64,000 nucleotides of DNA, from positions 58,652,001 through 58,716,000 of the forward strand of contig NC_043004.1 in assembly GCF_006345805.1 (NCBI RefSeq), given 5' to 3'. Positions 11,734 to 24,994 of the stretch are shown piece by piece. A program made the position numbers and the translations under genes. The notes beneath the pieces were generated by a model. That model was not told where the DNA came from. It did not search any database and saw only the letters and a list, made by a program, of their open reading frames with translations. The DNA is from Octopus sinensis (taxonomy: Eukaryota). The stretch's first letter is position 1. Each line of letters starts with the position of its first letter.

Positions 11734-12149
11734 CATACATATTATGTATGTATGTGTATACACACACATACATACATAGATTTATATGTGCGTTTGTATT
11801 TTATTTGCCATATAGAGATGTTATGCGAATGATAAAGTATATGTATTTAGAAAAACATTATCATGCTTATATAAAATCTTATGACAAACCCTCTTATTCA
11901 TACAATACCCATTGTCTTTGTCAAAGAACTAGCTCTATCCAGGGTACATTAAACAAATCAAACAGAATAACTAGTAGAGACAAAGGAAACACATTTACAT
12001 AACAAGGGATTTTTCCTCATCAGCTGTCAATTGGGATACCCTTAAAATTTCCACCCCTTAAAACATGATAACTACTTCTTATTATGTCAATGAACATTAA
12101 AAAAAATATAGTCCAATGTTGTTTTGGAATATACAAATATATTTAGGGC

Positions 12150-12410
12150 TGCATGTTATGTTCTTGAGTAAGACACTTTATTTCACGTTGCTCCTGTTCA
12201 CTCAGCTGTAGAAATGAGTTGGGACATCACAGGTGCCAAGCTGTATCTGCTGTTGCCTTTCCCTTGGATAACACTGGTGGCATGGAGAGGGGAGGCCAGT
12301 ATACATGGGCGACTGCTGGTCTTCCATAAGCAACCTTGCCCGGACTTGTGCCTGGGAGGGTAACTTTCTAGGTGCAATCCCACAGTCAGTCATGACTGAA
12401 GGTGGTCTCA
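12150..12410 (+). mobile_element. SINE family F (core CTTGAGTAAGACACTTTATTTCACGTTGCTCC...CACTCAGCTG)
   Basis: Core shared with 24995-25243 and 35473-35722. Confidence 0.65.
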
Positions 12411-12581
12411 ATATATATATATATTACTATCAACCAGACTATCAAATGTCATTATACACTGCTGGTCACAATGCTCTTACTTGCATTGTCAGTCATGACC
12501 AAAGGGGATCTCAATATATATATATATATATATATATGAATAAATAAATGGAGTTTAACGCAGGTGTAATCAAATATTTTT

Positions 12582-12667
12582 ACTTTCGACACATGTTTCG
12601 AAAATTCCACTGATACTATTCAAAAGAATAAATGGTATAAACAATGCAATCTTCTCCTCAGGAAAGT
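12582..12667 (-). ncRNA. Type I hammerhead ribozyme, all core nucleotides intact
   Basis: Minus strand: ACTTTC-CTGAGGA-GAAGATT...AATTTTC-GAAAC-ATGT-GTC-GAAAGT. Confidence 0.8.
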
Positions 12668-13428
12668 GAAAAAAACGAAACTCGTCAATATATATATATA
12701 TATTACTATCAACCAGACTATCAAATGTCATTATACACTGCTGGTCACAATGCTCTTACTTGCATTGTTGTAGCTTTTGAATAATGCCCCCTTGCTTGCT
12801 AGGCAAGCAGGTCTCTTGTACATAAATGATCAAAACTATGACATTACCCAGTCAACAGAATGTCAATCTATCACAGAGTAACTGAGTGAGCTGGGGCAGC
12901 ATAATATGATGGGTTTTACTCAAGAACATAGCACATCATCAGTCTGGATTTCAAGGCTACAATCTTGCAGTTGTGAGCACAATGCCCTTACCCCTAGGTG
13001 ATGTACTTTCTATGTATATTTTTGTGGAGGCTTATTTCAACTATTATATGGTGGACCAGCATATTTATCTATTCTGTATTTCAATGTGAATGTTGATTTG
13101 TTTTGGTGGTATAATTCCTAATTTTATGGTGTAAAGTTATGAAATTTGAAGTTGTTACTACTGTATTCGTTCTGAAAAATGTTATGGTAATTACTAACTG
13201 ATTGATTTACAGAATTGATCTATTTATGAATAAGTGATTGATAATTATTTTTTACGACTGTATAATCAATTTATAAAATAATGTTACTACTTAGAAACAG
13301 AATAAGCAAAGCAAAATTATAGATCAACTTCCCTTTAAGGTCAATGACAGATATGCTGATATAATTAGTACTACGGAGTACAAATATATGTGTACTTATA
13401 GATGATCAGATAACCGTAAGAGATTTAA

Positions 13429-13649
13429 CCCTTTAGCATTTAATCCGGCCATATCTGGCCCAAATAATCCATCTGTTTTATGTTAAAACTGTCTGGATCC
13501 AACCTCTCACACCTACCCTACAATGTCATTTTAAAAATATATAGCCACACCATTTAAATTTTGAAGCTGCAAAATAATATGTGATTAATTCAAAAACAGT
13601 ATGGATAAATAAGCAATAAATTTCACTAAGAAATCTGAATGCTAAAGGG
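13429..13649 (+). mobile_element. piggyBac-type MITE (family J)
   Basis: TIR CCCTTTAGCATT/AATGCTAAAGGG, with TTAA on both sides (13425-13428, 13650-13653). Confidence 0.85.
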
Positions 13650-13989
13650 TTAAAAGAGCATTATCATGACAAAATCGGATGTGCAGCTCCTTTCATCTCA
13701 AATGCATATCTAGGAGACAGTTCATGATCCACCGTATTCTTGAAGATGGAAGTTACAAAAGTTGTTTGTGAACTTAACTTTTCAAAGTTTGTATTCCATA
13801 ATTACAATTACAACTTACTCTTGCTACTCTTTGAAGTGTTTCAGTCATTAGGTTGTGGTCATGCTTGAGCACTGATTTGAAGGCATTAGTCATTCATACT
13901 AACAATGGTATTGTTTTTAAGTTTAGTACTTATATTTTTGCAATTTGTATCTATTGTGCTGTCAAATGCAAGGACAGACATAAGAAATA

Positions 13990-14268
13990 AACACAAGAAT
14001 GCACACACACACACACACACACACACATTGGTGTTTGAAAGGGCATCCAGCTGTAAAAACCTTGCCAAAACTGACCTCACCTGTGCTTGCGCCATGTAAA
14101 AAGCATTAGGTCTACTCTGCTGAGTGGTTGGTGTTAGGAAGGGCATCCAGCTGTAAAAATCCTGCCAAAACAGTCACAGAAGTCTGGTGCAGGCTTCTGC
14201 CTGCAGGCTCCTGTCAAACTGTCCCACCCATGCCAGTACGGAAGGTGGATATTAAACGATGATGATGA
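13990..14268 (+). mobile_element. Family K: RTE-LINE 3'UTR-derived copy with (GAT)n tail
   Basis: AGGAAGGGCATCCAGCTGTA...GGATATTAAACGATGATGATG; the same sequence follows RTE coding sequence at 36.7-37.0 kb. Confidence 0.7.
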
Positions 14269-14283
14269 GATATATATATATAT

Positions 14284-14470
14284 AGGGAGAGTTAACAAAA
14301 AAAACAAAAGACGAAGACAGGTGGTGTACAAAACAAACTGATGTATTACTATAGCGCTCAGGAATAGAAAAAGTCTTTTATGTTTCGAGCCTACGCTCTT
14401 CTACAGAAAGGGACACAGAAAAAAACAAGGAGAGAAAAAGTTGTGCGTAGTGGCTAACGATCTATCATAT
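14284..14470 (-). mobile_element. Family H: short (TA)n-embedded repeat with variant hammerhead-like motif (14372-14413)
   Basis: Minus strand: CTTT-CTGTAGA-A-GAGC-GTAG-GCTC-GAAAC-ATA-AAAG; parts recur at 16880-17010 and 17392-17419. Confidence 0.55.
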
Positions 14471-14574
14471 CAACGATCTATCTATCAACGATATATCATA
14501 TATATATATGTATGTACACACATATATAAATACATATATACCTATGAACATATATACCTATATGTATCATCATG

Positions 14575-14920
14575 ATCATCATTTAACATCATTTAACATC
14601 CGTTTTCCATGCTGGCATATCATATGTTGGATGGTTTGACAAGGAACTGGCCAGCAGGAGAGCTGCACCAAGCTCATGTCATCTGTTTTCACATGGTTTC
14701 TACAGCTAGATACCCTTCCTAATGCCAACCACTTTACAGAGTTTACTGAGTGCTTTTTTACATGGCATCAATATCAGTACTCTCTACATGGCACTAGCAT
14801 AGACACTTTTCTCTAGCAACTGACACAGACACTCTTAAGTGGCACCGGCATGGGTGCTTTTACATGGCACTGGTATGGGTGCCGTTATGTGTCACCAACT
14901 CAAGTGCTTTTACGTGGCAC
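14575..14920 (-). mobile_element. Family K copy
   Basis: CATCATTTAACATCCGTTTTCCATGC...GGCACCGGCATGGGTGCTTT. Confidence 0.65.
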
Positions 14921-15214
14921 CAAAATGTGTGCTTTTTTTACAAGACTTTTACTTAGTTTGACCTATCTTATCACATACTGCAAACTGCTACAAGTTTCTG
15001 TCTTCCAAGAAAAAAACATGTTTGACCATGCAGAAATAATACCTTGCTTGGAAACAAGTGAGCGAGGGTAGGCAACAGGAAAGGCATCTGGCAGTAAATA
15101 ATCTACTTCAAAATATTTCTATTTACAATGATGAAGATAATGATGATGATGATGATGGTGGTGGTAGTGGTAGTTGTGGTGATGATGATGACCAACTGCT
15201 AACTCTCTCTAGCC

Positions 15215-15434
15215 CAGTGCTTTTCAACCTTTTTGCTGGAGCGGAACCCCAAGGAAACATTCCACTGGCTCGAGGAACCCCTGTGCATTAATTTAATAGT
15301 CTTATGCACACATATCTGCACAGGAGAATTAAAAAATGACTGCCGATTTTAGCAGTTTTGTAACTTCTTGCGGAACCCCTGGACTGTACTGGCGGAACCC
15401 TAAGGTTCCGCGGAACCCTGGTTGAAAATCACTG
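15215..15434. mobile_element. hAT-type MITE, 220 bp
   Basis: TIR CAGTGCTTTTCAACC/GGTTGAAAATCACTG; perfect 8-bp TSD CTCTAGCC at 15207-15214 and 15435-15442. Confidence 0.92.
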
Positions 15435-15932
15435 CTCTAGCCACTATCATCAGTGATATACCCTCTATTGGTCATATCAAAATAATGCCGCATAACTGAA
15501 GAGGCTTTCAATGTTTCCCTATTGATATGATGCCCACATCATGAATTGTACACTCAGACTTGTTCATATGACATCATAGCTATCTCATGCCAATATTCAC
15601 ACATTATGCAGTAATTTTGTGTGTGTTTGTTTATTAAAATATTGTACAAACTTCCATAAGTTACAATCAGAATCTTCTTGCCAAATGAAATACAAGCATC
15701 AAAAGTTGAGTGCATTAATACCCCTAATTATTTTCCCATACAATAGTACAGTGAACCATTAATAAGTATAATGGATGCTGTTTTTGTATTCAAATGTCCA
15801 TCAAAGCCATTGATCATAAATGCATGTGATACTTTTTATTTTTAAATATCTAAATAAGAAATGTTCAGCATAGCATTTAGGTAAATGCCAACTAGACTGC
15901 TGGAGATTATCTGATAAGTAAAACAATATCAT

Positions 15933-16013
<81 letters not shown>

Positions 16014-16984
16014 TTAATAATATAGGCACAAGGCCTGGAATCTGTGTTGGAGGGGGATAGTTGCTTTATTGACCCCTAAAGGTTGAAAGCCATGCTAACG
16101 ATTCTGCCAGCTTGCTACCTTCATAATAATAACGGCTTCAAATTTTGGCTCAAGGCCAGCAATTTTTGGGGTGAGTGTAAGTCTATTACATCGACCCCAG
16201 TTGTACTTATTTTATTGGCCCCAAAAAGATAAAAAGGCAAAGTCGACCTCAGTGGAATTTGAACTCAGAACATAAATCCAGACAAAATGCTCTTAGCATT
16301 TTTCCCGCATGCTAATGATTTTACAAGTTCATAACCTTAATAATATTAATAACAACAAGTGCCACTCTGATAAAGTCAATTCGAACCTTCACTGGTTTAT
16401 ATTTTGTAAATACCAGTACAAAGTAATAGAGAACTGGTAAGAGACGATGCCAAGTAAAGAAATGAAGGAGGATGGGAAAACAACGATATTATGGAATTAT
16501 GATTTTCAGAGTAATTGAGCATTGCCATACTGTCAGATCATTGATATAGCCATACAAAATGACATGAATTTTGGGGCATTAGGGTCAATTTCATTGAAAC
16601 TTCAAAACTTCTTAATGCAGTTAGGAATAGCATGCAAGTTTTGTGTCATACAAAAATCAGCCTTGCAAAGTACTGTGCACATCTTATGGAAACTATTATC
16701 TGTCTGAGGTCCTTGTTGTGACCGAACAGATGACTAAATACTCCAGTGCATTTCCCATCCACATTGCATGACAAAATAATAGTAACAATGATGATAATGA
16801 CGATGATGATGATGCTGATGATGATGATGATGATGATATATTATTATTGTTATAATATGGGACACTGTGTGTGTTTTTTGAACAGAAAGGGACACAGAAA
16901 AAAACAAGGAGAAAAACAAGGAGAGAAAAAATTGTGCGTAGTGGCTAACGATCTATCATATCAACGATCTATCTGTCAATGATA

Positions 16985-17004
16985 TATCATATATATATGT
17001 ATGT

Positions 17005-17065
<61 letters not shown>

Positions 17066-17344
17066 CATATATATATATATACATATACATATATATATAT
17101 ATATATATATACATATATATATTATATATATATATATATATATAATATATATATATATTTATATATATAGATATATATATATATACATACATATATATAT
17201 ATACATATACATATACATATATATATATATACATACATATATATATATATATATATATTAATATATATATATATTATATATATTATATATATATATTTAT
17301 ATATATATATATATAATATATATAATATATATAATATATATATA

Positions 17345-17387
<43 letters not shown>

Positions 17388-17390
17388 TAT
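16985..17390. repeat. TA-rich compound microsatellite
   Basis: Direct reading. Confidence 0.95.
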
Positions 17391-17499
17391 AGGGAGAGTT
17401 AACAAAAAAACCAAAAGACATTTTTGTATTTCATTTGGCAAGAAGATTCCGATTGTAACTTATGGAAGATTGTATAATATTTTAATAAACAAACACACA

Positions 17500-17582
17500 C
17501 AATAATAATAATAATATTACTAATGATAATGATAATAATAATAATAATAATAATAATAATGTTAATAATAATAATACTAATG

Positions 17583-17669
<87 letters not shown>

Positions 17670-17688
17670 TTAATAATAATAATAATGA
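17500..17688. repeat. (AAT)n microsatellite
   Basis: Direct reading. Confidence 0.95.
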
Positions 17689-17689
17689 T

Positions 17690-17900
17690 CCTTTCTACTA
17701 AAGGCACAAGGCCTGAAATTTTGTGGGGAAGGGGACTAGTAGAGTACATCAACCCCCAGTGTTTTGCTGGTACTTAATTTATCGACCCTGAAAAGATGAA
17801 AGGCAAAGTCAACCTTAGCGGAATTTGAACTCAGAACATAGAGACGGACAGAATGCTTCTAAGTGTTTTGTCCAGTGTGCTAACAATTCTGCCAGCTTTC
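17690..17900 (-). mobile_element. SINE family C
   Basis: GATGAAAGGCAAAGTC...GGAATTTGAACTCAGAAC. Confidence 0.75.
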
Positions 17901-17997
17901 CATCTTAATAATGATGATGATGATGATGGAATGGACTCTCCTGTCAATGACGACATATGTGTGTCCAGCTTTTACCGAACAACCTGCACAAATGATA

Positions 17998-18347
17998 TAC
18001 TCTTTTACTCTTTTACTTGTTTCAGTCATTTGACTGCGGCCATGCTGGAGCACCGCCTTTAGTCGAGCAAATCGACCTCAGGACTTATTCTTTGGAAGCC
18101 TCGTACTTATTCTATCGGTCTCTTTTGCCGAACCACTAAGTTACGGGGACGTAAACACACTAGCATCGGTTGTCAAGCAATGCTAGGGGGACAAACACAG
18201 ACACACAAACACATACACACACATGCATATATATATGTATACATATATACGACAGGCTTCTTTCAGTTTCCGTCTACCAAATCCACTCACAAGACTGAAC
18301 CTGGAACCATGTGGCTGGTTAGCAAGCTACTTACCACACAGCCACTT
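17998..18347 (-). mobile_element. SINE family A with internal deletion
   Basis: Homology to family A; CORE-like block missing. Confidence 0.8.
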
Positions 18348-18687
18348 CTAAATATGTGTACTGTACATTTGCTTACTCCCTCAATCAAATCAACTTTACC
18401 TGAACAGGTGCACGGTGTCCCATGCTTCAAGTGCTGAAGTGGTTGTAGAGCAACATAAGATGAAGTGTTTTGCTCAAGAACACAACACACCACTGGGTCT
18501 AGGAATTGCAATACTCTAACCACTAGGCCATGCATTGATTTCAAATTTTGGCCCAAGGCCAGCAATTTCTGAAAAGGGGTTAAGTCAATTACATCAATTC
18601 CAGTGCTCTGCTGCTACTTATTTTATCAATCACAAAAGGATGAAAGACAAAGTTGACTTTGGTAGGATTTGAACTCAGAACAAATTA

Positions 18688-18855
18688 GTAGGCGTAGGAG
18701 TGGCTTTGTGGTAAGTAGCTTGCTTACCAAACATATGGTTCTGGGTTCAGTCCCACTGCATGGCACCTTGGGCAAATGTCTTCTACTATAGCCTCGGACC
18801 AACCAAAGCCTTGTGAGTGGATTTTGTAGATGGAAACTGAAAGAAGCCCATCGTA

Positions 18856-18892
<37 letters not shown>

Positions 18893-19133
18893 TAATATAT
18901 ATATATATATATGTGTGTGTGTATGTATGTATGTGTGTGTATGTGTTTGTGTGTCTGTGTTTGTACTCCCAACATCGCTTGACAACCGATGCTGATGTGT
19001 TTACGTCCCCGTAACTTAACAGTTTGGCAAAAGAGACCAATAGAATAAGTACTAGGCTTACAAAAAATAAGTCCTGGGTTCGATTTGCTTGACTAAAGGC
19101 GGTGCTCCAGCATGGCCGAAACAAGTAAAAGAG
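18688..19133 (+). mobile_element. SINE family A
   Basis: Full head-to-tail homology. Confidence 0.85.
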
Positions 19134-19374
19134 TAGTGGGCATTTAAGCCATATGTTCATAGATTGTTGATGCGTTGTATGTAGTGCTGAAGAAGGAGCA
19201 ACAACTTACGAAATATGCATATCCACCTTTACATATTTTTCTATCTGTGATCACATTGTTTACATAGATGTATTTACATACAAAACATTGTAACTTTCTA
19301 TGCTGGCTCTAAATTCTATAGAAAATCTGTTGAGGTAAACTTAAAAGTGGTTGTATTGCACTACCAATACAAAA

Positions 19375-19556
19375 ATGGAAGCACTCCGTCGGTTACGACG
19401 ATGAGGGTTCCGGTTGATCCAAATCAACGGAACAGCCTGCTCGTGAAATTAACGTGCAAGTGGCTGAGCACTCCACAGACACGTGAACCCTTAACGTAGT
19501 TCTCGGGGATATTCAGCATGACACAGAGAGTGACAAGGCCGGCCCCTTGAAATAGG
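19375..19556 (-). mobile_element. SINE family B, 3' part
   Basis: TGGAAGCACTCCGTCGGTTACGACG... Confidence 0.8.
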
Positions 19557-20726
19557 TTAGTACTGTCTCATAAGCCTTTAACCGACTTGGTAGTATATTA
19601 TGATTACGAAACAAAATATAGTGTTTCTACCTACTACAAACGGAATACCAAGTAAACTTCTGATGACTGGGATAATACCAGTGTAAACTTCTGATGACTG
19701 GGATAATATTAACTCTTAATTATAAGAACACTAATTGAAATCTGAAAATTTGTCTACTGAAACTATTCTCATTATTGTTGTCGTCATCATCATCATCATC
19801 GTCTAACATCTGTCTTCCACGCTGGCATGAGTTTGATGGTTAACCAGAGCTAGCAAACCAGAGAACTGCACCAAGCTCCAAAGTCTGCCAAAGTAGACAT
19901 TGGATGGATGCCTTTCTATGGTTCCTATGGCTGGATGCCCTTCCTCTTTCCAGCCACTTTACAGACAGTACTGAGTGTGTTTTTTTCTTTTTTGATTTTT
20001 CATGGAACCAGTAGTATCAAGGTCACTAGGTAGCTCACAAGACATGACTCCTCAGCTAAGTGGGCAAGTAGTATTAATAGTGGTGGCTTTATGTCAGATG
20101 ATGGACAGCTGAAGTATGATAGAAGAACAGGAACAGGTGTCTTACCCTAGGGGAGATATATGATTGTCCTAGATGGAAAAGAAAGAAGATATGAAAATAT
20201 TTGAGAAGACAGGCAATAAAAAAGAACATTTAATGACATTTTGCTGTCATAGTTTCTTTCAGAATCAGTTTGTAAACAAACTGTTGGGTAGAATTTCTTT
20301 CTTATTTACTCTTAAAAACAATTAGAGAATTATACTTAGCAATCAGTTTAATGATACGTTAATTGTATTTGGAATTGTTACTACAATTAATGGGATTGCA
20401 GGAAAACTTAGTTTGATAAATGGTTACTGAGGTGGTTTTTTATGCTATTTAAACTTTCTTAGACGTTTATAGCACTTAGACAAAGTTGAAACATATATAT
20501 GGTTGTGAATTAGTTAAACTGAATATATCTGTTTGTACTAAATGATTATGTTTGTATTCATGGCAGAGAGAAGACACAGCATACAGACAAACAGTCAAAC
20601 ACAAAGAGAGATGTAGGTATTAGTGAGTTTAAAAACACGTCTGATGCTCTTAGAGTTGGAAATAGCTTTACTAAAATTTATTTCTTCACTTTACAAATGC
20701 GGATAATTAAATTTCTTTTAAACCAT

Positions 20727-21230
20727 ATATACCTACATATACACATATATGTATGTGTGCATGTGTGTATGTATGTGTGTATGTATGTATGTATGTATGT
20801 ATATATGTGTGTATGTATGTATGTGTGTATGTATGTATGTATGCGTGTATGCGTGTATGCGTGTATGTATGTATGTGTGTATGTGTGTATGTGTGTATGT
20901 ATGTATATATGTGTGTATGTATGTATGTGTGTATGTATGTATGTATGTATGCATGTATGTATGCATGTATGTATGTATGTATATATGTATGTGTGTGTGT
21001 ATGTATGCATGCATGTATGCATGTATGTATGTATGTATGCATGTATGTATGTATGCGTGTATGTGTGTATGTGTGTATGTATGTATATATGTATGTATGT
21101 ATGTATGTGTGTATGTATGTATGTGTGTGCGTATGTGTATGTATGTATGTGTGTGCGTATGTGTGTGTATGTATGTGTGTGTATGTATGTACATACATAC
21201 AGATAGATGGATGGATGGATGGAGAGAAAA
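20727..21230. repeat. ~500-bp (TATG/TGTG)n compound microsatellite
   Basis: Direct reading; source of the YVCM/HTYI ORFs. Confidence 0.95.
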
Positions 21231-21688
21231 ATAGAAAGATTGGTCATGCATTGCTTTGACCAAGTATGTGTGTATTTTATCAAAATCTGCATACACCTAC
21301 TCCGTACTACAGCATAAACATACTATATTCTGTAAACATTTATACATATGCTTATATTTAACAGAGTTGTAAACTAGTCTATCATGTTGCACTTCATAAT
21401 GTCAAAAATATACATTATCAATTGAATAACTGGAGCTTGTGTATCAAACTAAAATAAATAGTTGTGTTGATATGATTGACTAAAATCAAAGGTAATACCT
21501 CTCTTAGCATGGTTATAATCCAATGGCTAAAACCACTCATCCAAATATAATTAAGGGATAAAACATCATCAAAAACAACAACATAGATAGCAATATGTAA
21601 ACCATCATTGTAGGAATATTACAGGAAATGCCAGACAATCAGCTGATACAAAGCCATTGCTTAATTACTGTTATATTTCCTGCAACAG

Positions 21689-22072
21689 TGGAGGTGCAAT
21701 GGCCCAGTGGTTAGGGCAGCGGACTCGCGGTCGTAGGATCGCGGTTTCGATTCCTAGACCGGGCGTTGTGAGTGTTTATTGAGCGAAAACACCTAAAATT
21801 CCACGATGCTCCGGCAGGGGATGGTGGTGATCCCTGCTGTACTCTTTCACCACAACTTTCTCTCACACTTACTTCCTGTTTCTGTTGTACCTGTATTTCA
21901 AAGGGCCGGCCTTGTCACTCTCTGTGTCACGCTGAATATCCCCGAGAACTACGTTAAGGGTACACGTGTCTGTGGAGTGCTCAGCCATTTACACGTTAAT
22001 TTCACGAGCAGGCTGTTCCGTTGATTCGGATCAACCGGAACCCTCGTCGTCGTAACCGACGGAGTGCTTCCA
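21689..22072 (+). mobile_element. SINE family B
   Basis: Near-identical to 9501-9886. Confidence 0.85.
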
Positions 22073-22222
22073 ATTTCCTGCATCCTTGAGTCAAGACAGG
22101 TAAAATAACCTGACACTGAGAAAGCATCACTGGCTATATTTATTATATCAAAGTTTTGTCCAATTAATTCAACTTGTAACACTTCTTCCTCTCTGCTATC
22201 AAACACCTAGTAATAGATGTAT

Positions 22223-22444
22223 ACTCTTTACTTGTTTCAGTCATGTGACTGTGGCCATGCTGGAGCACCGCATTTAGTCGAGCAAATCGACCTCAGGACT
22301 TATTCTTTGGAAGTCTCGTACTTATTCTATTGGTCTCTTTTGCCGAACCACTAAGTTACAGGGACGTAAACACACCAGCATCGGTTGTCAAGCAATGTTG
22401 GAGGGACAATACAGACACATAAACATATACACATACATACATAT

Positions 22445-22491
<47 letters not shown>

Positions 22492-22658
22492 ACACATATA
22501 TACGACGGTCTTCTTTCAGTTTCCATCTACCAAATCCACTTACAAGGCTTTGGTCGACCTGAGGCTATAGTAGAAGACACTTGCCCAAGGTGCCACACAG
22601 TGGGAGTGAACCCAGAACCATGTGGTTGGTAAGAAAGCTACTTACCACACAGCCACTC
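22223..22658 (-). mobile_element. SINE family A
   Basis: Full homology. Confidence 0.85.
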
Positions 22659-22746
22659 TTACAACTATAGTACATTTATATATTTATCAAATATCCCCAA
22701 CTCCCGAAAAGATTCTATTATAAGCATTGCAATATTTACTGTTGTG

Positions 22747-22970
22747 AAGGCGGTGAGCTGGCAAAAACGTTAACACAATGAGCAAAATGCCTAGTGATAT
22801 TTCTTCTGACCTTATGTTCTGAATTCAAATTCCACAGAGTTTGACTTTGCCTTTCATCCTATCAAAGTCGATAAATTAAGTACCAGTTGCATACTGGGGT
22901 CGATCTAATCGACTGGCCCCCCTCCCCAAAAATTTCAGGCCTTGTGCTTAGAGTAGAAAAGAAAAGAATA
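22747..22970 (+). mobile_element. SINE family C
   Basis: AAGGCGGTGAGCTGGCA head; Deu/Nin-like core. Confidence 0.8.
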
Positions 22971-23126
22971 TTATGTAAAAAACTATAATGCTTACAAAAC
23001 TCGCTTACTAAGCTACATTTTCATTGGGTGAGCCAGGTCATGTGATGAAAACTGTTGTAAACTGTATGGTGCTATTAAATTTCATAAGTGTTACAGTTGC
23101 ATAGAAGAAGTAATCCAACTGATTAA

Positions 23127-23302
23127 CCGTTTGCCATTCAGATTACCCTGTCTAGTGTAATGCTTATTCATTCACATTGTTTTGAATTACTCATGCGTTA
23201 TCCTGTAGTTGTGAGATTTCAATTATGTGATTGTTTGTTTTTAGAATGATATTGTAGGATAGGTGTAAGAGGCTGGATATGGACAGTTTAAATGCTAAAG
23301 GA
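23127..23302 (-). mobile_element. piggyBac-type MITE (family J), degenerate
   Basis: TTAA-CCGTTTGCCATT ... AATGCTAAAGGA-TTAA. Confidence 0.7.
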
Positions 23303-23596
23303 TTAAATTCCATCTCTAAAACAGTTAACTCCTTGATTTTCCCAAGTTTTAATTTTTGAGTAAACCAATTAGAATGGGCTCAAGACTTAAGTTCGTCTGT
23401 GATAGCAACTAGAAATCACTTTATATCTTTTGTCAAAGAATTCAGTAGACTGCTTCAGGATACCCAAATTTGTATTAAATGATTAAGTATGTAAATCTTT
23501 AGTTAAAAATATTCAATGAGAATATTATATACTGAATTTATATTGAGTACTCTACTGTATCAAAGTATTAATACTATTAAAGTATTTATATATTTC

Positions 23597-23843
23597 ACGT
23601 AAAAAGCACCATCCAATCGTGGCCGTTTGCCAGCCTCGTCTGGCACTTGTGCCGGTGGCACGTAAAAAGCACCCACTGTACTCACAGAGTGGTTGGCATT
23701 AAGAAGGGCATCCAGCTGTAGAAACACTGCCAGATCAGACTAGGCCTGGTGCAGCCTTCTGGCTTTCCAGACCCCAGTTGAACCGTCCAACCCATGCTAG
23801 CATGGAAAGTGGACGTTAAACGATGATGATGATGATGATGATA
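23597..23843 (+). mobile_element. Family K copy with (GAT)n tail
   Basis: CACGTAAAAAGCACC...GGACGTTAAACGATGATG. Confidence 0.8.
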
Positions 23844-24717
23844 ATACGAGCGATTATAAATATTTTATAATATATTATTATTAATATCAGGAAATCAATA
23901 TTAGAAAATTCTTCAGAAAGATATATACGTGTGTAAAATAATTGTTGTATTAAAATTATAAATATATATAAAAAGTATGTAAATATAAATAAGTATAAAT
24001 TTATAATGTATATGACAGTTTAAAAGTTTTGAATTAAGTTTTAAAAGCATTTTACGAACGTTTCACAGAAGTGCTGTCCCTATAATGGAATCCTATATTT
24101 ATAAGCATTTATAGACAACTCTTCTGCTCTTCAGAGATATAAAATTTGAATTTTGTATAATATAGCGAATAGTAGTTTTTTTTTAATTTTAAGGAATACT
24201 ATAAAATGGTGTTTGTTTGAAATATAAATTAGAAAAATGTTCTAATATTGATTTCTTGATATTAATAATGATTAAGTATGTATGCATGGCAGAGAGAAGA
24301 TAGACATGTATAGACAGACAGACAGAAACAGACAAACAGACAGTGTGATAGACAATCACTGGCATTCATGTCCTAGGTCTCTAAGTAGTGTGGCTAGGGT
24401 TCCTCCATAATTCCAGACCCTATTTGTTTAAGAAATTGTTTATTCTGAAAAACTTTGCAGTATGTCTCAACAAAAATTCTGAAGTGATCTTTAATTGAGC
24501 TTTGGTTTTGAGTTAGTTCCAACAACTGATTTGGAAAATGGTATCAAGGAAAAGCAAGAATACTAGAGTATAATCTTCAGAATATAATGATACCTTACAT
24601 ACTGCAATAACAAACTACATTTCAAGCTGAATGAGCTCAGGTTTCAATAATTGCAGACATCTGATTCATCAAGAAATGTGTTTCCATGCCTATGTATCTC
24701 TGAGTAATGGCTATGTG

Positions 24718-24750
<33 letters not shown>

Positions 24751-24755
24751 CATAT

Positions 24756-24788
<33 letters not shown>

Positions 24789-24951
24789 ATAGAGGTCTAA
24801 AAAGTGACAGAGGGTACTGACCAGCACCAGCTATTGCTAGAAACAAGAGATGATCAGTCATTAAGATAGTGCTTTTGTGGCTTTTGAGTTGTTTTCACTC
24901 TAGTTTCTAGCAATAGCTGGTGCTGTTAAATTTGCCTTTATGTGTGTGTGT

Positions 24952-24987
<36 letters not shown>

Positions 24988-24994
24988 ATAGTAA

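Noticed and set aside
19650-19760. Tandem 32-bp duplication containing CTGATGA twice, with a downstream GAAAC
   Set aside because: I could not form stem II or a stem III/NUH site, so it is not called a hammerhead.
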